DNA of 11,846 nucleotides from Prasinococcaceae sp. CCMP 1430 (Eukaryota; Plantae; Prasinodermophyta): positions 381,738-393,583 of the forward strand of contig RQSC01000011.1 in the NCBI GenBank assembly GCA_013416795.1. Direction: 5' to 3'. The stretch's first letter is position 1, and each line of letters begins with the position of its first letter. Under the pieces are notes generated by a model. It did not search any database. It was given only the letters and a program-made list of their open reading frames with translations, and was not told the DNA's origin. The translations under genes were made by a program, and so were the position numbers. This document shows positions 7,321 through 11,846 of the stretch, one piece after another.

Positions 7321-7702
7321 NNNNNNNNNNNNNNNNNNNNNNNNNNNNNNNNNNNNNNNNNNNNNNNNNNNNNNNNNNNNNNNNNNNNNNNNNNNNNNNN
7401 NNNNNNNNNNNNNNNNNNNNNNNNNNNNNNNNNNNNNNNNNNNNNNNNNNNNNNNNNNNNNNNNNNNNNNNNNNNNNNNNNNNNNNNNNNNNNNNNNNNN
7501 NNNNNNNNNNNNNNNNNNNNNNNNNNNNNNNNNNNNNNNNNNNNNNNNNNNNNNNNNNNNNNNNNNNNNNNNNNNNNNNNNNNNNNNNNNNNNNNNNNNN
7601 NNNNNNNNNNNNNNNNNNNNNNNNNNNNNNNNNNNNNNNNNNNNNNNNNNNNNNNNNNNNNNNNNNNNNNNNNNNNNNNNNNNNNNNNNNNNNNNNNNNN
7701 NN
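7321..7702. other. Assembly gap (382 N)
   Basis: Run of N, flanked by C-rich sequence on the left and G-rich sequence on the right. Confidence 1.
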
Positions 7703-7926
7703 GGGGCGGGCGCGCCCCGGCGAGTGCGCAGGGGGACGACCGCGGGTCCGCTCGCCCGCTGACGCGCGCCCTGAATCCCGCCACGCGCGACGCCCGCCTC
7801 GCCTCCGCCCCCCGCTACGCGCGATCACCGCCGCCACGCACACCTCACCCTCTCGCCGCTCCCCTTTCTCGCGCCCCGCGGTCCCCGCTCGCGGCCCTCG
7901 CCTCCCGTCGCGCCCCACCCAAACAG

Positions 7927-8276
7927 GCGCGCAGCAGGGCCCGGGCGGCACGGTGAAGCGACACCGCTACAGGCCGGGCACGGTCGCGCTGCGCGAGATC
8001 AGGAAGTACCAGAAGAGCGTCGACCTGCTCATCCGCAAGCTGCCGTTCGCGCGCGTGGTGCGCGAGATCGGCAACAACTTCGGCCCGGGGGGGGGGATGC
8101 GCTGGACGGCCGAGGCGCTCCTGGCGCTGCAGGAGTCGACCGAGGACTTCCTCGTCAAGCTCTTCGAGGACTGCAACCTGTGCGCCATCCACGCCAAACG
8201 AGTCACCATCATGCCCAAGGACCTGCAGCTGGCGCGGCGCATCAGGGGCCCCGTCTACGGCGTCGCATCTAACTGA
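7927..8276 (+). CDS. CENH3: Centromere-specific histone H3 (CENH3/CENP-A), histone-fold terminal exon; N-terminal tail unresolved
   Basis: [105 protein letters not shown]. It carries the known CenH3 hallmarks: A instead of H3 Q68, W instead of F84, C instead of T107, and loop 1 longer by 2 aa. A candidate acceptor AAACAG ends at 7926 after a pyrimidine-rich tract; the exon start is tentative. Confidence 0.9.
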
Positions 8277-8351
8277 GCGCAGGGCAGCGTGCGTCTGCCC
8301 GCCGGCCGGCGGGCAACGCACAGTGCAGTGGGCGCCGCCGCCCGCGCGCTT

Positions 8352-8356
8352 TGTAA
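8352..8356 (+). promoter_or_regulatory. Candidate TGTAA polyadenylation signal of CENH3
   Basis: TGTAA 76 nt after the stop at 8276. Confidence 0.45.
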
Positions 8357-8498
8357 ATGAATAGTCGTAGGAATGCAGCGGCGGCGCTGGCGCGGGGCCG
8401 CGAGGGAGGGTGGAGGGAGGGAGGCGACCGCATGCGCCGCCGACGACCAACGTGTGGGGGCAGCGCGCGCGGCGAGCGAACACAAGAGGGCAGGAAAA

Positions 8499-8503
8499 TT
8501 ACA
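8499..8503 (-). promoter_or_regulatory. Candidate TGTAA polyadenylation signal of the SMP gene
   Basis: TTACA on the + strand, about 215 nt downstream of the minus-strand stop at 8718. Confidence 0.35.
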
Positions 8504-8627
8504 GGGATTGTTGGACCGTGGGATGGCCGTGCGACGGCGGCGTCGCCTGGCCAGCCGCCTCTGGGGCGAGGCCCCACGCGGCGAGGCGAGCCCCCGGGGG
8601 CACCGGCCGGCGAGGTCGCCGAGACGT

Positions 8628-8666
8628 GTTTCGGTTTGGTTTGGTTTGGATTGGATTGGATTCGAT
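8628..8666. repeat. Degenerate pentanucleotide array (GGTTT)3(GGATT)3
   Basis: gtttc ggttt ggttt ggttt ggatt ggatt ggatt cgatc, in the probable 3' UTR of the SMP gene. Confidence 0.8.
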
Positions 8667-8717
8667 CGGAGCAGGGGGGTCGCGCGCCCGCGCCGCCAGC
8701 GTCGCGCGCCGGCCGCG

Positions 8718-10628
8718 TCACTCGCGGTCTTGTGCGATGAGCTTGCGCACCCTCTTGGAACCGTCGCGCAGCTGGCGACCCTTGTCCCGCACGCTGCGGG
8801 GCCTGGCTGCGCGAGGGTCGCCGAGCCCGACGGCGCGCGCGCCGTCCTCCCCCTCGAACGACGACCTGGCGCGCATGAAGAGGGGCGACTGCTGCAGCGC
8901 CACGTTGCTGCGGCTGGCGCCGGTGAGCGCGGCCATCCAGCGGTCGCGCTCGGCAGCGCTGTGGGCGATCATCAGCAGCGTGCCGTTGGAGAGCATGGGC
9001 CGGCCCGGCGGCGCGAGGCCGAACGCGTACGTGCCGAACCTCTCCGGCGGCGCGGGGGCGCCCGACCGGCGTATGTCGGCGATGGTGAGCACGCTCACCT
9101 CGGACGCCACCGTGAGCGCCTCCGTGCCGCGCTTGTTCTCGCAGGACGAGTCGCGGTAGTACATCAGCACGCCGCCGTCGTCGCCGCCCAGGCCCTGGCG
9201 CACGGTGGCCGGGCTCTTGAGCGCGCCCACGCCGCCGCTGCTCGCGGGCGTGAGCACGAAGTACCTGCGCTTCCAGGCGCTCATGTAGCCGAAGCCGTGC
9301 CGCACGTCGTCCTTCACGTGCACCTTGGCGAGCCAGCCGGAGGTGGACTCCTCGGCGGGGCGCAGCCGGCCGAGCCCCGCGCCCGGCGCGGAGGTCACGA
9401 GCCCCGCGAGGCTCGGCGCGTGCATCAGCACGCGCACCTTGAGGCGCCCGCAGCCCTGCGGCGCCAGGTCGATCCACAGCACGCGCGAGCGCTGGGGCGG
9501 CTGGCCCTTCTCGGCGCGCGCGACCTCCATCTCGGCGTTCTTCAGGAAGTGCGCGGCGTGGATGATGCAGCTGCCCACCGAGCGCACGGGCGTGACGTCC
9601 GACTGGTACACCTCCACCTCCACGCACGCGTCCTCCAGCCACTGCACCACCTCGAAGGTGGCCGGCGAGGGCACCGCCCACGAGCAGCGCCCCCTGTGCG
9701 CCTCGGCGGCCGGCGTGGTGCACGTGGTGCGCCGCGCGGTGCCCACCGCGTGCGCCAGCCGACAGCGCACGTCGCCGTCGAGCTGCCCGCCGCCCAGGCC
9801 CTCGGCGGCCTCCAGCGAGACGGCCAGCCACGCGGTGGCGTCGACCGACACGCCCCTGGCGTCGACGGCGTCGTAGCCCGACTCGCGGCGCTTGGCGACC
9901 GTGCTGCTCGCGAGCACGCCCTCCGGGGGGCGCCGCTGCGAGGCCCACATGACGGGCAGCCGGCGGCGCCCCCAGAAGGCCTCCGCGTCCCACGTGACCT
10001 CGTTGGGCGCCACCAGCGTGGAGCGCACCAGCCTGTCGATGGCGCCGCGCAGCCACGCCTCGACGCCCGGGATGTCGGTCGCCCCCGACACGCTGAAGTT
10101 GATCTGCGGCGGGCCGAGGAACTGCACGCCCAGCAGGCGCATGTGCGGCGGCCAGGGCAGCCACTCGAGGCGCACGCGCACGCGGCCGCGCACGCACGCG
10201 CCGGAGAGCACCAGCTTGACGGGGATGCCCAGCTTGGCCTCGCGGCCGCTCAGCTCGACGCGCAGGTCGGGCATGTCGGCCACCATCTCGATGTCCACCA
10301 CGGTGCAGTGCTGCAGGTTGGGCAGGTCGGGCTTCTCGTCCTTGGGCCCCCGGCCGTGGAGCACGTGCACGTCCACGAGCGCGGGCGGCGCGCTGCCCAG
10401 CCGGAACTTGGCCAGCCTGAGCTCGGCGAGCATCTTGGGCGGCGGCCTGCGCGCGAGCGCGTCGCCCACCTGGCGCGACGTCAGCCGGCTCAGGAAGGGG
10501 CTCAGCCAGCCGGGCCACATGTCCTCCAGCAGCGCCTGGACGGCGGGCGCGCCGCCGCCGAGGGGCCCGCCGCCCGCGCCGCCCGCGGACTTGACCAGGC
10601 GGCGCAGCAGCGCGGCCTCGGCGGACAT
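8718..10628 (-). CDS. SMP domain - C2 domain - PH domain protein (synaptotagmin-like membrane contact site tether), main reading frame
   Basis: SMP-like ~10540-9990 (QALLEDMWP..LRLAKFRLGSAPP..FLGPPQINF..IPGVEAWLRGAIDRLVRSTLVAPN). C2-like ~9830-9545 (WLAVSLEAAEGL..VEVEVYQSD..VGSCII). PH-like ~9340-8915 (SGWLAK..WKRRYFVL..LMYYRD..AERDRWMAAL). Confidence 0.8.
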   Translation of the reverse strand: MSAEAALLRRLVKSAGGAGGGPLGGGAPAVQALLEDMWPGWLSPFLSRLTSRQVGDALARRPPPKMLAELRLAKFRLGSAPPALVDVHVLHGRGPKDEKPDLPNLQHCTVVDIEMVADMPDLRVELSGREAKLGIPVKLVLSGACVRGRVRVRLEWLPWPPHMRLLGVQFLGPPQINFSVSGATDIPGVEAWLRGAIDRLVRSTLVAPNEVTWDAEAFWGRRRLPVMWASQRRPPEGVLASSTVAKRRESGYDAVDARGVSVDATAWLAVSLEAAEGLGGGQLDGDVRCRLAHAVGTARRTTCTTPAAEAHRGRCSWAVPSPATFEVVQWLEDACVEVEVYQSDVTPVRSVGSCIIHAAHFLKNAEMEVARAEKGQPPQRSRVLWIDLAPQGCGRLKVRVLMHAPSLAGLVTSAPGAGLGRLRPAEESTSGWLAKVHVKDDVRHGFGYMSAWKRRYFVLTPASSGGVGALKSPATVRQGLGGDDGGVLMYYRDSSCENKRGTEALTVASEVSVLTIADIRRSGAPAPPERFGTYAFGLAPPGRPMLSNGTLLMIAHSAAERDRWMAALTGASRSNVALQQSPLFMRARSSFEGEDGARAVGLGDPRAARPRSVRDKGRQLRDGSKRVRKLIAQDRE

Positions 10629-10653
10629 GAGCCGAGCACACTCGCGTTGTTCG

Positions 10654-11382
10654 CTACGGCCTCGCGCGCTTCGTCGACGACCCGCCGGCCGCGGACGCCT
10701 TGGACGCGGCGAACGAGCGCTTGCGCGTGGCGCGGTAGCGCAGCGTCGAGCCCGCCTCGAACACCTCGGAGGCGCCGCTCGAGGCGCCCTCGTGGCCCAG
10801 CGCGCCCAGGCCCGAGCCCATCGCGCCCGAGCCGCCGCCCGCCGACTGCAGCAGGCGCTTGCACGCGAGGACGGAGCACACCAGCGCGGCCTCCTCGCGG
10901 CTGCTCGCGTTGCCGCTCCGCATGAGGCGCTCGACGGCGCGCACGCCGGTGAGCGGGGCGTCGCGCGGGGTCTGAGAGGCGCGCAGCGCCTCGAGCGCCG
11001 CGGCGAGGTCCGCGAGGTCATCGCTTTCTTGTTGCGAGTCGACGGCGGCTTGTGAGCCTCCGAGGTGTTGTTGGGGGTCGAGGTCGTCGCCGTTGGCGGT
11101 GGCGGCGGTGGCGGGAGCTGTGCCCTTGTGCGGGCGCCTCGAACGCCGGGATCGGCGGCGGCGAAAGCGGCGCGCGGCGGCGAGCAGCGCGCGCGGCAGC
11201 GCCCACAGCAGCCCGACGGTCAGCGCGGTCCCGGGGTCGCTGAGCGGGTTGGATGGGGCCGGGAGCAGATGTAGAGGGGGGCGACGACCGAGCGTTAGGG
11301 GGGGGCGTCGTCGTCGGGGTGGGGCGTGCGAGGCGCTCGGCTCGCTGGCTAGCAAGCCAAGTGCCGCGTCGTCGGCGGGCAT
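10654..11382 (-). CDS. Upstream ORF (242 aa), probably the N-terminal membrane-anchor part of the SMP gene in a different frame
   Basis: ATG at 11382 preceded by CAACAACAACAAAAC. High GC3. Hydrophobic stretch TALTVGLLWALPRALLAAA followed by an Arg cluster. Ends at TAG 10656-10654, 25 nt before the next ATG. Confidence 0.6.
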   Translation of the reverse strand: MPADDAALGLLASEPSASHAPPRRRRPPLTLGRRPPLHLLPAPSNPLSDPGTALTVGLLWALPRALLAAARRFRRRRSRRSRRPHKGTAPATAATANGDDLDPQQHLGGSQAAVDSQQESDDLADLAAALEALRASQTPRDAPLTGVRAVERLMRSGNASSREEAALVCSVLACKRLLQSAGGGSGAMGSGLGALGHEGASSGASEVFEAGSTLRYRATRKRSFAASKASAAGGSSTKRARP

Positions 11383-11585
11383 GTTTTGTTGTTGTTGGGG
11401 GTGGTTTGTTGCTGTTGTTGGGCGAGGGGGGGTGCGGGGGGGGTGTGCACGGTGGGTGTGCGGGGCAGACGCCGCCGCGGCGCGCGCGCGCGCTCCGTGG
11501 CACGCCTCGCTCCCCGCACGCCACCGCCGCGCGCAATCTGGCCAACCAAATCGATTTTTGAATCTTGCCTGACGCGGGTCCCCGG

Positions 11586-11692
11586 AATGTTTTTTTTTCC
11601 AAACTCTTTTAAATTTCAATATTATCTTGTTTGAAATATTTATGTCAGCATTTTTGTTTTTCTTTAGTTATAATTTATTTTTATTTTTTATT
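11586..11692. other. AT-rich telomere-adjacent spacer
   Basis: Abrupt switch from very GC-rich DNA to T-run-dominated sequence. Confidence 0.85.
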
Positions 11693-11846
11693 TTCAGGGC
11701 AGGGTTTAGGGTTTATTGTTTATTGTTTATTGTTTAGGGTTTATTGTTTATTGTTTAGGGTTCAGGGTTTAGGGTTTAGGGTTTAGGGTTTAGGGTTTAG
11801 GGTTTAGGGTTTAGGGTTTAGGGTTTAGGGTTTAGGGTTTAGGGTT
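11693..11846 (+). repeat. Telomere, plant-type (TTTAGGG)n, with a proximal variant zone (TTCAGGG, TTTATTG)
   Basis: 11 perfect TTTAGGG units at 11768-11844 running to the sequence end. The G-rich strand runs 5'->3' towards the end, as expected for a right chromosome terminus. Confidence 0.97.

Noticed and set aside
6327-8276. Long ORFs running through the N gap (6807..8276, 6327..7784, 7106..7762, 7247..7951)
   Set aside because: Frame continuity across Ns is meaningless. Only the histone-fold portion is supported.
7927-8276. Canonical histone H3 or H3.3
   Set aside because: It lacks Q68, F84 and T107 and has a longer loop 1, all of which point to CENH3.
10630-10657. A second complemented segment explaining the SMP frame break
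   Set aside because: Complementing preserves length and cannot fix a net frameshift, and there is no paralogous repeat to test against.

Overview
This is the right-hand end of a chromosome from a very GC-rich eukaryote. Plant-type TTTAGGG telomere repeats, TGTAA motifs after three genes and a GT-AG intron with a CTGAC branch point suggest a green alga, but the species cannot be determined from the sequence. Five protein genes are present: (1) the 3' part of a small spliced gene with a signal-peptide-like segment; (2) an ~870-aa secreted or membrane protein with His clusters recalling copper monooxygenases; (3) on the minus strand, a mosaic surface protein (signal peptide, 5 FG-GAP repeats, (SPPPP)n stalk, RCC1 repeats, Lys-rich tail); (4) the histone-fold exon of centromeric histone CENH3, next to a 382-nt assembly gap; (5) on the minus strand, an SMP-C2-PH lipid-transfer tether whose reading frame breaks near 10640. 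A short AT-rich spacer and the telomere follow, with TTTATTG variant repeats in the proximal telomere. The most striking observation is at 4629-4680. These 52 nt are the base-by-base complement, not the reverse complement, of the expected RCC1 repeat sequence. Complementing them in place removes the only in-frame stop and gives one 864-aa ORF. This is most likely an assembly or software artefact and needs raw-read checking.
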